Shown here: piece after piece, positions 1 to 11,987 of the stretch
Position numbering within the stretch: the first letter of the stretch is position 1
How the letters are laid out: each line of letters begins with the position of its first letter
Origin: Podarcis tiliguerta
Lineage: Eukaryota
Assembly (NCBI GenBank): GCA_965153285.1
Contig: OZ229112.1
Reading direction: 5' to 3' (one strand)
Length of the DNA: 64,000 nucleotides
Position numbers and translations under genes: made by a program
Notes under the pieces: generated by a model
What the model was told of the DNA's origin: nothing
What the model saw: only the letters and a program-made list of their open reading frames with translations
Databases searched by the model: none

Positions 1-19
1 TGGGAAACCACTTCTGAAG

Positions 20-256
20 TTTGGATTTGATATCCCGCTTTCTCACTACCCTAAGGAGTCTCAAAGTGGCTCACAATCTCCTTTCCCTTCCTCCCCCTCA
101 ACAAACACTCTGTGAGGTGAGTGAGGCTGAGAGACTTCAGAGAAGTGTGACTGGCCTGAGGTCACCCAGCAGCTGCGTGTGGAGGAGCGGGGACGCGAAC
201 CCAGTTCACCAGATTATGAGTCTACCGCTCTTAACCACTACACCACACTGGATCTC
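20..256 (-). mobile_element. tRNA-derived squamate SINE (Squam3/CORE-like), full length
   Basis: Minus strand has A box TGGTGTAGTGG, B box GGTTCGCGTCC, a CORE-like body (cacctcacagagtgtttgttg) and a tail ending gggatatcaaatccaaa. Confidence 0.8.
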
Positions 257-1817
257 AATACTCTCAAGTATCCCAAACAAGGTAGTGTCTGCATTTACCA
301 GGCTCCAGCTATCACAACCTCAAATAATTGTGGAGCACAATAAATCTATGTGCTATAACTGGATTGTGGACCATTGTTCAGAGGATGTCTCTACTGGCGA
401 CACTGGATATTGTTCAATATGCAATTTAAGAATATATATATGCTTTTGAAATACTGCAAGTTAAAGTGCTGAATAGTCAAATAAAAAGTGATGAACTTGC
501 CCATGTGAACCAGCCTTTCACCTTGATCAGATTTTGAGAAATCGCACGTCATTAATACATGGTTTGTGAAGACCCATCTATACCTCTTTTTATGTGCACA
601 TATTATATCTTAGATATAATATCATTTTAGATCTTAGATCTAAAAAATCTTGGATTTTCTTCAGGTGCTTTGCTTAGTGGTGATAGGAAGTGTGTGTGTG
701 TGTGTGTGTATTTTAAAGCACATTGTCTTAATGAAGATACCTGTATTTCTGTATTTGTGCCTAGAAGCTACCAGTTGTCTGGTCTGAAATCCATGTGGTG
801 GTACTAATCTCAAACTAATTTGGGAGCTAGTGCTTGTAGAAACCCATAGTTAACTGGGGAAAATTTAGGCAAGAATTCCCATAATTATAAAACATAATAC
901 TGGTGGAGCCTTTCCCATTGTGGTTTTTCAAAGAAGGGCTTTGAGTGTAGAGCTCCTGTATTTTGTTGGCATTGAACAGTATCTTTGGATTGATAAAATC
1001 CCCATTGTACATAGTGAGCAATAGTGGAGTTGCTTTTTGTATGTGAACATTTTTAATTTGAAGAAGTTCATAAATAAAACATGTGCCTTGTTTGCAAAAT
1101 AATCATTTTGTAAGAATACTGACATAAAAATACCAACAGGGGCATCCCCTTGCTTGTTGTTTTGTTTCTCTTGCACTTGCCAGTTAAACATACATTGGCA
1201 TTTTAAACATGTCTGTATCTGCTGCCCCCACCCCCCCACTTTGCCTGAAGGTAAATTTTTTATCTTCTTGTCTTCCCTACTTTGGAATGAGTGCTTGTAA
1301 TGCAGAAAGTTCCCCAAACGACTCCCATGAAACCTGTGTATCATTTATCAGCTTGATTACCATTTTGTAGGAAAACAAGAAAACATGTCATTCAGTACAG
1401 TCTTATCCTGCAGCCAAATTATTTAACTCCTAATGTGTCCTTCAGATTACTTGTACTCTGATTTCAGCAAAGAAAATAAATGTTAGCTTCTAACAACCTC
1501 CAGAATTTGGGGTAGGTGGCAAAATGAGAATGAGGAAGTGTTTGTGAATCAAAAGATCTAAGAAACGCCAGTCAATATTTTATTACCATTATACAAAATG
1601 CATAGAAGACATAAGAGTGCTTGCCTTCTAAAGCAAGTAAGCTTGTCTTCTAAAGCCCCACTGGCTTGAATTATCATTGGGAATAGTGTGGGATATGGCC
1701 CTGGAGAATTCAGATGAAGGGACAGTTAGCCGGTATTGTTGACAGGTATCTCTCTTATGTGAATGGAGAAGCAATTTAGAATCCAAACAAAAGTTCTCAA
1801 AGGAAACTAGCTTGGTA

Positions 1818-2059
1818 CATTGGTACCTCGTGTTACGTACCGTCCCCCTTACGAATGCTGCAGGTTACGTGCTCCGCTAACCTGGAAGTAGATGCCCCTT
1901 GTTATGACCTTTGCCCCGGGATGCCAACAGAATTCGCACTCCGGCGGCATGGCAGCAGCAGGAGGCGCCATTAGAGAAAGCGCGCCTCATGTTACGAGCG
2001 GTTTCAGGTTACGAATGGACCTCCGGAATGGATTAAGTATGTAACATGAGGTACCACTG
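1818..2059. mobile_element. Tc1/mariner (Tigger/pogo-type) MITE, family A, diverged copy
   Basis: TIRs CATTGGTACCTC...GAGGTACCACTG with TA on both sides; ~240 bp; homologous to five other copies in the window. Confidence 0.85.
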
Positions 2060-2071
2060 TACTAAGAGTTG

Positions 2072-2073
<2 letters not shown>

Positions 2074-2105
<32 letters not shown>
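2074..2105. repeat. (CA)n microsatellite
   Basis: Direct observation. Confidence 0.95.
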
Positions 2106-2106
<1 letters not shown>

Positions 2107-2207
2107 AACTGGCATGGCATGGAGCAGACAGTCAGGGAGAAACTCTCCAGTGCTTTGTCCTCTGTACTGAAGCCTAGACAACGAGTGAACTTTTGAAGCA
2201 TAATCCT

Positions 2208-2576
2208 TGTTAGTAAAATTAAAAATATAAAGCTGACCAGTGTAGTATGTTTTCCTCAGTGGAAGAATGCTCATGAAGAGGTATAAAAAGTATACATTCC
2301 TGAGAAACAAGGCGGCAAGTTGGAAAGTCAGAGAAATGGTGGATCTCTGCTTAAATGCAAGGCTGTGGCTATGGCAGAAAGAAGACCTTTTTGGGGTGTT
2401 AATGCTGTGAACCCTCCCATCACAGGCTCAGGTTATATATGTGTGTGAATAAACCATATATCATAAAGACACCAAAGTCTCCACTGTGCCTCATTTCCAA
2501 AAGGAAACACAAAACCTGGGTAAGCCTGGAACCTCTGGAATTTCGCACTGCTCAGAGATTGCAGTGGTGTACAAAA
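2208..2576 (+). mobile_element. Solo-LTR-like element
   Basis: Starts TGTTA, has internal AATAAA, and is clearly homologous to 30504-31303 (ggctatgg...ttttggggtgtt...aataaaccatat...cataaagacacca...). Confidence 0.55.
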
Positions 2577-4000
2577 GTATCATTCTCCTTTTTTTAAAAA
2601 AACCAAAACAGCTAGTTTTTAGTTTCTGTAAAAAAAATAAATTGGTGGCTTGTAACGATAGAATTGTAATGTTTGCAATGTTACAAGCCGTGTTCCTATA
2701 GGTGACTCTTTTTTCTTTAAAGTTTCCACCCTATTGGTCAACAACATTCAAACCACATGTTCCTTGATGCCTTCTTAATTATAGAAAGTAAAAAGGTTAA
2801 TATTGTGCCTTCACAAGTAGCATTTTGTACTGAGTTTCATTTTAAACATGCTGAGTTAAGCATTTTGATGTTAAGTATGCATTGTGTGACCTGCATAATA
2901 TGAAGCAGAAGACAGTTCCAACATATAAAACAAAGGTCTTTTAAAAATTGTGCCATACTGTTATCTGCTTGATGTTTTATACAGAGGGCGAAAATTACAC
3001 AATCATCTGATGTCCATTCTTTGAGAATGGACATGAAAGTTAACTTCCTTTCTCTCTCTAAAAAAACATCCAAAACTCTTTCCTTTTAGCCAAGTGTTCC
3101 TTATAAAGAAAGGGAGAAGTTATTTGTGGTTAAAAGGACAGTTTGCTGTAGAAGATTTCTGCATTATGAAGCCGCAACCACATCCACACCCAGTCTTGAA
3201 GAACATATGTGGAACATGATACACTAACTCAGCGGAGTCTTAGATGTGGTACTTTCTCTTGAGATTGTTGTTTGGAGAGGAGCCATGTTTGAGTACAAAA
3301 CCCCTCAAGAGAAATCCGATTAAATTTAATCACTAGGGTGGCTGAAGGAGTTGGGGCTCAACAGTCGCTGAACTCGGGGTCACTGGCAGGGAAAGCTTAA
3401 AAATTGGACTGGAACTCTTCATTTAGGCTGTGAACATGTGCACCTCTGATGAGATAACAGGAATGGGATAGGGTCATTCCTTTTCCTGTTGATTCTTAGT
3501 GGCAAATGCTTCTTCTTCCTGGCTGCCCCTCTCCCCCTCCCTCTCCCCCCACCCCAATTTCTAGTTTAGGAGCTTGGCAGGAGTGGAGAATGTTTTAAAA
3601 TGGACCTTGGGGAAGATCAGCTGGCAGGACTGATTTTAGGGGGAGGTGATCCAAGTTATGAGGTTTTTAAAAAACTATTTTTAGCCACTCTATGTAAGGA
3701 TAGGTTAGAAGCTGGTAAGTTTTATTTATTTTTACAATGTATGGTATTTTTGTTTGTTTGTTTACACCTCATAATATAATAAAAAGCGGTTAATGTTAAA
3801 AGAATAAAAAGGTGATAATGATGTTCAGTAACATTCCCTAAAAACTAGATAAAAACAGAATGATATATATCACAGATAAAATTGAGTGATGTACAGACCA
3901 GAGAATTAAAAAAGAAGCGTCTCAGAATCCAGGAAAGCTCTGTTTTCTGTAGCACAAAGTATCTGAGCCTTTCATCTGTATGGGCAAGTCAGTTGTTTCA

Positions 4001-4019
4001 CACTGCCATCTTGTGGCCA
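4001..4019 (-). promoter_or_regulatory. Candidate CTCF binding site
   Basis: Minus strand reads TGGCCACAAGATGGCAGTG, close to the CTCF consensus TGGCCACCAGGGGGCGC. Confidence 0.55.
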
Positions 4020-5146
4020 TACCTTTCAATTTAATGCCAGATACTCTCTCTACGCTAGAAAAGTGGCAGCCTCTGACTTTTTATATATATTAGGAATATT
4101 TTATGAGCAGTTGAACATGATTCAGAAGCATATACAGGGTGATTCTATCACTGTTTTCTGTCGGTCTTTCTATTTTCAATGGAAGCCTTCCAGAGAGAGG
4201 GGGAGAGATGCATGTGAGGTGTTTATGTGAGATGGGGAAGTCTGAATGAAAGTGTCATCTGTGAGAGAGAAGAAAAGACACACTTGGGCAGGGAGCTAAG
4301 GGGTGTGTGTCTCTCTGTGTGGTGTTTGAGGGAAAATATGTATGTGAGTGTGTGTGCAAGAGAGAGGGGGGATGTTGCCGCTTCATATATTTTTCCTGGT
4401 GCTGAAAAATTTCCCCTGTTGTTTATAGACAGCACAGCATGTCTCTGTGTGTAAATTAATATTTTGTGATTTCCACAATCAGGACCAGCAGAACACAAGT
4501 GACTTCTCATGGCAAGCATGAGATGGTCTAGAGAAGTGGCAACGACTGTATGTTCTCTAGTTTTCTGTTATCCTGCACCACCATGGCAGCCATGTTGTGT
4601 TGCGTTGTCTTCCCATCCCCCACCCCGCCCACCTCCATGGCAGCCATTCTGTGCCTGGTGCTCACAGGACTAATTCAAAGTTCAGAATGGTCCGAAAAGA
4701 TTGGCAACTCCTGGTTTGGAGTATTTCTTTCCTGGTTCGTATTTGGAAGCTGCTTTCAAATGTCTCCAGTGACATAAGTGAAAGTATCCATAGACACCCA
4801 CAAAGAAGTAAAATATCTTCATGCAGCCAGGGTGGGGTACAAATGTGTCCACTGCAAAATGGAGAAATAAATATCTGACATGAATATCCTTTCTTCTCCC
4901 CCTCTTCAGTGGTGACTCAACATTCTAAGTCAAGGTAGAATGGTAGTATATGTGGGGTTGGTTGGGAGGAATGGAACGGAATGGAGAGGCTAGGGCCCTG
5001 AACAGAAGCAACCCACACTGCAACTTTTTGTTGCAGACCTGCCACTTATGACTTGTACTGCTTTGCAAACCTGATTTTTGAATTAGCAGTTCCACGTTAG
5101 GATTCATTTAGATAATTGACTGAAAACACATTGAAAGACAAAATGG

Positions 5147-5847
5147 TGTGTGTGTCAGCTTGTATGAAGGAGAGCTGGGGACACCTCATCCACCCGCCCC
5201 GAGGGAAGGGCTAGAAGTTGTGCTGAAGCTACACCAGCATGTTGTAGCGGGAAAGGGGTGTATGCATGGTGGAGCAGCCCTGTGAGCTGCCGGACAGGGA
5301 GAAGGAAGACGCAGGAGGAGATGGTGGCAACTTCCTCCTCCTCCTGCTGCTGCTGTGAGGCAACCCAGAAGGCAGCAGAATATGGCCCCAACCTTAGCAG
5401 AGCCCCGCATCCAGCCTGGGTGGCAGGCCCCCCACCCCCAAGTTCAAGAGACGGAGCTTGAAGACCTCACCAGAGCAGCGATTCCAGGGGCCAGACAGGG
5501 GTGCAAAGGTGGGGAGGAGACCTGAAGACCTCCAGGGGTGAAGAACCAAAGAAGCTCTCAAGGAGGGGAGACGACCCCCTCGCCGTCTACCCCAGGAGCC
5601 CAGAGAGAGAGAGAGAGGTATCAGAGGAAGGCAGCCCCTTCATGTCCTCCCTGCCGAGTGCTTTGCCTCACAAATGCCTGCGTGTTCCTGTCGCTCTCTC
5701 TTCCCTCCAAAGGTGGTGGCCATATGGCGGGGGGGGGGGGGGGCCAGAGCGGTGGGTTAAGCAGACATGCTGGGAGGCAGAGGACTGGGCCAAAAAGGAA
5801 AGCCAATGGTGGCTGAAGCAGGACAGAAAGTCTCGCTGGCACACACA
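5147..5847. mobile_element. Unclassified GC-rich ~700-bp insertion with inverted TG...CA ends (LTR-like)
   Basis: Sharp GC shift versus flanks; ends tgtgtgtgtcagc / gctggcacacaca are inverted (12/13). Confidence 0.4.
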
Positions 5848-5889
5848 CAGACACACAAAACAAGAAAACCGGGGTGGGTGGGTGGGGTG

Positions 5890-6013
5890 GGTTACTTGCT
5901 ATATGTGCAGGAAATTCCGTACATGTCTTAAAATTCTAAAATCCCCCCGGTTGCCATTTTAGATGTCCAATTTCCATACTTGTCTGGAATTTTCCGGACA
6001 TAAGGCAAGCCTA
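5890..6013. mobile_element. Degenerate short MITE
   Basis: Imperfect inverted ends ttgctatatgtgcaggaaattcc / ggaattttccggacataaggcaa. Confidence 0.45.
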
Positions 6014-6715
6014 AGTTTACTCAACCATTTTCCCACTTGCTCACAGATGGTTTGGGGGTGGGTTGTACTGCTACATCATCAGTTGTACTGTTTGGATAGC
6101 TGCGCTTGTAAGCAGTTTTGTGTCTGAATGTTTTTCTCATGAAGCAGTGTCTGATCAGTCATGAGTTAGACTTGTTTTGGACAACTGTTCTCAACTTACA
6201 GATACTGTGTAAAAAGCTGTGCCTAGAAACTGGACAAATTCTTTCAGTATTATTTAATGTGGCTGGACTATGTCCCTTAATTGGCTAAGAATGAATTCTG
6301 ATATCTGAAGAGAAAAGGCTGAGGAAGTGGATTATTTATGAGAACGTATGATCACTATTTTTTAAAGCAGAGTGCCTTAGGGAGCAACCGTTTTGAGTCT
6401 TTTAATTATTCAGCAGTTGCTGTGCTGAGTCATCAAGGGTGAAATTATAAGGATTGCAGGGATAAAATTAGCATGAGAGCAGTTCCAAAACACAGATAAA
6501 TCAGTGTCTGTTTTGCTCACTGAAGAGAAACTTTTAAAACCTTAAGCTAAAATGTGTGGGAAAATATACTTTGTTCATAAAGAAATATTAGAGCTGCCAA
6601 GTAAAATACTTGTGACTTTTTTTTACATAAATACAAGGGACAGCATGTATGACAGGAGTGGGGAAAATGTGGCTCTCCAGATTTTGTTGGTCCAGTATTC
6701 AGTGTGTCTCCATTC

Positions 6716-7869
6716 TTCCCAGCCCCGCTGAAAGAGGCGGTCATTAAACTGCTTCTTAAAAAACCATCTTTAGACCCGGCCAGTATGGCTAACTATCGCC
6801 CAGTCTCAAATCTTCCATTCTTGGGCAAGGTGATTGAGCGGGTGGTTGCTGAACAACTCCAGGCACGCCTGGAGGATGCGGACCATTTGGATCCCTTCCA
6901 GTCGGGATTCCGGCCTCATCAAGGGACTGAAACTGCCTTGGTTGTGCTGGTCGATGATCTCTGGCAGGCTAGAGACAAAGGTGAGAGCTTTTCCCTAGTT
7001 CTGCTGGATCTCTCAGCGGCATTTGATACCATCGACCATAACATCCTTCTGGACCGTCTTGCGGGGCTAGGAGCTGGGGGTACTGTCATACAGTGGTTCC
7101 GCTCCTTCCTCCTGGGCCGTGTCCAGAAAGTGGTGTTGAGGGATGAGTGTTCAGACCCCTGGGCTCTCACTTGCAGGGTGCCTCAGGCTTCCGTCCTCTC
7201 CTCCATGCTTTTTAACATGAAGCCACTGGGAGAGATCATCAGGGGGTTTGGGCTGGGTGTTCATCAGTATGCAGATGATACCCAGCTCCACCTCTCTTTT
7301 AAATCAGAACCAGTGAAGGCGGTGAAGGTCCTGTGTGAGTGTCTGGAGGTGGTTGGAGGATGGATGGTGGCTAACAGGTTGAGGTTGAATCCTGACAAGA
7401 CAGAAGTACTGTTTTGGGGGGATAGGGGATGGGTGGGTGTGGGGGACTCTCTGGTTCTGAATAGGGCAACTGTGTCCCTGAAGGACTAGGTATGCAGCCT
7501 GGGAGTCATTTTGGACTCACAGGTCAATTCTGTGTCCAGGGCATTGTCTACCAGCTCCAACTGATACGCAGGCTGAGACCCTACCTGCCCACAGACTGTA
7601 TTGCCAGAGGGGTGCATGCTCTAGTTAGCTCCCGCTTGGACTACTGCAATGTGCTCTACATGGGTCTACCTTTGAAGGTGACTCGGAAACTGCAGTTAAT
7701 CCAGAATGCGGCAGGTAGACTGGTGACTGGGAGTGGCCGTCGAGACCATATAACACCAGTCCTGAGAGATCTGCATTGGCTCCCAGTACGTTTCCGAGCA
7801 CAATTCAAAGTGTTGGTGCTGACCTTTAAAGCCCTAAATGGCCTCGGTCCTGTATATCTGAAGGAGCGT
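6716..7869 (+). mobile_element. L2-clade LINE ORF2 (reverse transcriptase) fragment, inactivated
   Basis: NYRPVSNLPFLGKVIE, DPFQSGFR, LLDLSAAFDTIDH, QYADDTQL, LNPDKTE, RLDYCN and LHWLPVRFRAQFK motifs. Premature TAG at 7487 plus small deletions; truncated at both ends. Confidence 0.95.
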
Positions 7870-9569
7870 ATACCTGGCCTAGCTGATGGTATAGTGTGGC
7901 CTTGCAAAGTCTGGAGGCATTTCCTACCCTACTTCCATGGATGGAGTCAGAGACTGACTGGGGAGGTACCTAGTGATTTGTGTTCAGATCATTGGACCTC
8001 TCTCCCACCCTCCAAACTTATACTTGCAGTTGTCCCACAGCCATCTCAGAAACCACTGTGGCCAGCTATGGGGAGAAGCCTGAAGGGGTTGGTTAGAGTC
8101 CTGGTCGTCTCTCATTCATGTAGCTCTCTGGATTGCTGCCTGAATGATGCTGACTAATATGGACACTGCTGCTGCACAGCTGCTCAGTGGGTGTAGGAAA
8201 GCGGTTGGAAGATGGCCAGTGTCCTTCAGTTCCTGGCCTCATATGCCTCTTGTGGCCTGGAAAAGTGCCTGTCCTTCTTCTAGTGCTCCAGAACACCACT
8301 TGTACAGCAAGGACTGGGTGTTTATTGCTGGTGTTTTCAAGTGTAGAGAAGTTAGGATGAAGGGGTCCACAGTTTTCAGGCTCAGCTTTTATTCTTCTGG
8401 CCTGTTGGACATCTGGGAAGACAGTTGGAACTGGAGTGTGAGCATTTCATCATCTAATCTTCCCTTTGTTGTCTTCCCTTTTACTTTCTTTATTGTGATT
8501 CTCATGTTAGATACCTCTCACCTTGAGGCAGGAAGTCAGCTGGCCTGGATGTCATGGTGAGAGTTGCGCTTCAGAAAGATACTGGGGACTGTTTTCTGGT
8601 CCGAGAACATAGTTCCTTCCGCATCTAGCTGATCTTGTTCACTTGTAAAGAACAAAAATTCACTGTTAAGTATGGAATTTTGTTTCTGCGTATTCCATTT
8701 TCTTATATACAGTTTTACAGCCCTGTGTTCTATTGTGAAATGGCCAGTTAGAATTCCTAGGGCATAATCTAGTTAAAGTTAAATACTCTTTGGTCTCACT
8801 GATTTCAACAGATTTAACATGTGCTTAGCTCTCTCACTGAAATAAATAGGATGTAAAATGCATGACTGGCTGGATTGCACCCTACAGTCCGTTGTGATTC
8901 CCTCCTCTTGGGACTATTTGTCAGTACAAATAATCTAATGTGGGATAAATCCAGTATTTTTCAGTTTCAATTTGTGTAAATTATATTTGAGAAATAATGA
9001 GATGAAACTGACATCTTTCTAGCAAAATAAATTTCATTTAAATTTGAACAGTTTATCTCTTTTCTCTACACCTACCTTAAGTTTTTATTGTAAGAGAAAA
9101 GTGTTATGAAATAAAATACGGACTACCAGGTACATACTCTGAATTGTAATTTTTGCTTCATGAACAGGGACCGCCATGTAACTGCTGACCTTATCACAAT
9201 AAATTGAGTTAACCTCCTCTTCCTCAAATAAATATTATGGCAAAATGACATGGTGCTTTAAAATAAACATCACATCATATCATTGCTTTTTGTGTTGCAG
9301 AAATGGGAGAATTCTCAGTTGTTAATCCTAATTTTCATGTTCAGTTCTGTTCATTTTATCAAGCTGTGGCATGGAGCCAATATTAGTATTTGGAATATTT
9401 GAAGTTTTGATTTCTACCAGAAATTAGGAATTGTGCCTCTGAAATTTGATTGCCACTTAATTTTCCACTTTCTCTAGATTCTTATCCAATAAATTGAAGT
9501 CATCTAGAGATTATTATGCTACAATCCTGTTTACCTGTTAACTCTATTATTTGAAGGAACATTTAGTGT

Positions 9570-9628
9570 TGTTGTTGTTTAGTCATTTAGTTGTGTCCGA
9601 CTCTTCGTGACCACCAAAGCACGCCAGC
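9570..9628 (-). mobile_element. Extremely 5'-truncated RTE/BovB-type retroposon 3' end
   Basis: Minus strand ...ggtcacgaagagtcggacacaactaaatgactaaacaacaacaa; perfect 11-bp TSD acatttagtgt at 9559-9569 and 9629-9639. Confidence 0.8.
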
Positions 9629-10169
9629 ACATTTAGTGTAGTTTTGTTAATTGCATTGCTATATTTAATTGCAGGTTTCAGTCAAATAACTTTATATGCC
9701 ATGTGCTTTACTTCTAGGGGTGTAGATTTTTTTTTTAGCGGGGTGTATGTGTTGCCTTCAAAGGGGACAATATAAATACAGCCTATTAAATTATTTACTG
9801 AAGACAGTTGGCCAATCCATTGTTCAAGGAGCCAAAGGTCATTTTGGTGTGCCTAGCTGATTCATAGGTAATCTGATACAGTACTTGGCTGTTTGTTTCC
9901 CAGGCAGACGATGAACTTTATCCTTCCATTATGAGTCACACAACTGTAACTTTACAGGGGAGAAGGAATTACTTCTGAAAGGTGCTGAAGAAGACGTATG
10001 CATGCTGAAGTAATGATGTCTCTCATGAGACAACAATTGCACCATAACCGGTGGCACTTCTTTGCCAGAAATGCGTTTTTTTTTGGTCTTTTGATGTTTT
10101 TTGTCGAGTTAGATTGCTTTGTTTTGAATTAAAAACACAGTGCCTGTAGTCCTGGAACTAGTCTTGCAC

Positions 10170-10335
10170 AAGAGGATTAATTATTCTTGGTTTATGTGAA
10201 TGGAGGGTGGGGTGGGGTTATTGGTTCTGTTCTTGTTTTTATTATGTATTTTGTGTTTTTTATCTTCTATTTTTATGTTGTGAAGCACCCTGAGATCTGT
10301 GGATAAAAGGTGGCATACAAATTTAAATAATAATA
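10170..10335 (+). mobile_element. L2-type 3' tail remnant
   Basis: T-rich 3'UTR, tgtgaagcaccctgagatc...ggcatacaaattt and a (TAA)n tail. Confidence 0.5.
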
Positions 10336-10949
10336 ATGGAGTCAACTAGTGTTGGTTTCTCATGCTTACAGAGTGAATTAGTATCATGTATTGCGGTTTA
10401 TGGGGTGTCTTCAAGGAGTTATTTTTTGAGCTATAGTGCTTTTGTTGACAAAACCCCTAAATATAAATCTACTAGCTCCATGGGATCACATTCTGAGAAA
10501 GTGGTCAAAGTGTATTGGATCTTTCAATCCTTGGCTCTTTCATGGGGGGATGGGGGTACACTGGAATTTTGTGTTGTTTTCTCACTCTTTTCATGCAGAC
10601 TTCCTCCAACAGTTTCAGGAAAACTGAATACAGTGTGCTATATAGAATTCAGTAGTTAATTTGCTTTCTTATTAAACATTTAATCTAATTTAACAATGGT
10701 AATCCTATCTGTGTGCTTCTGTAATGAAAAGTGAAGGTGTTTGAAACATAGAATAAGTGAATTTTGTAATAGGAAAGTATAGGAGAAAAGTCATGTATGT
10801 AACTGTATATTGAAAACTTGCTGTTTGTTTGTAGCTCTCGTTCTCACCACCAGTAAAACTAGCAGTGTTTTACAGACTTACAACATCTCTCCTATGTGTA
10901 ATGTATGCCCATTGTAAAATAAAACATCACGTGCCACTTAAATTTGAGC

Positions 10950-11785
10950 TTTTATTGCTCCTTGTATAAGTTGGCTGAGGTGCCCTTGAGTTATCTACCC
11001 TGCTCAGAAGTTTGCACTGCTGTTAGCTGTCTGCCACAGAAAGGAGGAGTTTGCTGCTTCTACAGCTGTGCCTTTGGGGGAGAGAGAGAGAGAGAGCGCG
11101 AGAGCCTATCATATTTCACCCTAATCCTAAGCGATTGCTTTAGCCAGGCAGTCTCTTTTATTGTTAAAGAGAATCCTTCTGAAGATTGTTCCCCAGGCTT
11201 TTCATTTAAGGGCAAACAGGATGGACGGACTCAAGAATCAGAATGGCAGTGCCATTTCCTTGCAGAAAAGAGAAAGCCGTTCCAATTTGTATCCTGGTCT
11301 GGCAACTTGTTAGCAGCATGTACATCTCCCTGATCCAAGAAGCTGGCTTTTTTTGTTTAAAGAAAATGTGATAGAAGAGAAGGCTGGATTACAAGCATAT
11401 CGCTGGAGAATGTTACTGAGCAGAGGAGATGGACTTTGGTTGAAACCTGGAAAAAACGGAAAGCTGTGTCCCTCGGTGTTGTGCTTCTACACAATCCTCA
11501 TCTGAAGGTTTTTTTCAGGGTGCCGTGGTGTTTTTCTTTCTTCCGCTGTGTTTTGTTTGGCAGCTCACAAAGTACTGTCGGCAGAAGCAGCCTCCGGGAA
11601 TTGTACAGGCACAATTGCTTGGTTCTGTGCGCCATGCAGATTTAAACAGTGCATGTGTTTTCTTTAAGTTTAAAGAAACTTGGTTATTTTATATTAGATA
11701 AAAAAAAAAAAAAAGGAGAAAGCTACGAGGGTGGTTTTGAAAGTTGCATACTCCAGTGGATTTATTTATTTTTGGGGGGCGAGAC
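10950..11785 (+). promoter_or_regulatory. Putative promoter/5'UTR of the MKKES first exon
   Basis: TE-free stretch with a (GA)n tract (~11080-11104) and scattered CpGs directly upstream of the ATG. TSS not determinable. Confidence 0.45.
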
Positions 11786-11987
11786 ATGAAAAAAGAAAGT
11801 GCCTCAAAGTCATTCCGGTTGAAACATAATCCAGGATCCCTCTCGCGTGCTGTGAGCTGGATAAACTTCTCTACCTTGTCTAAGCAGACAAAAAGGCTGT
11901 TTCGCAGCGATGGTGAACTCACATCTATATGTGGGCAGCAGGTAGAAGAGGATGAGAGCTGGACCTACAGACCCCAGCACAGAAACG
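11786..11987 (+). CDS. NHSL1: NHS-like protein 1, alternative first coding exon (MKKESASKSFRLKHNPGSLSRAVSWINFSTLSKQTKRLFRSDGELTSICGQQVEEDESWTYRPQHRN)
   Basis: gacATG at 11786; 67 codons + 1 nt, then donor ACG|GTGATT (phase 1). The peptide matches the recalled mammalian NHSL1 N-terminus (...GSLSRAVSWINFSSLSRQTKRLFRSDGEL...). G + CT of the common exon gives Ala-VSNLDEESRW. Confidence 0.93.

Noticed and set aside
170-256. tRNA gene
   Set aside because: The A/B boxes belong to a SINE head; likewise at 13375, 27991 and 34498.
6704-8157. 261-aa and 221-aa ORFs as a functional reverse transcriptase gene or novel RT system
   Set aside because: Ordinary L2 LINE fragment with a premature stop, deletions and no endonuclease or ORF1.
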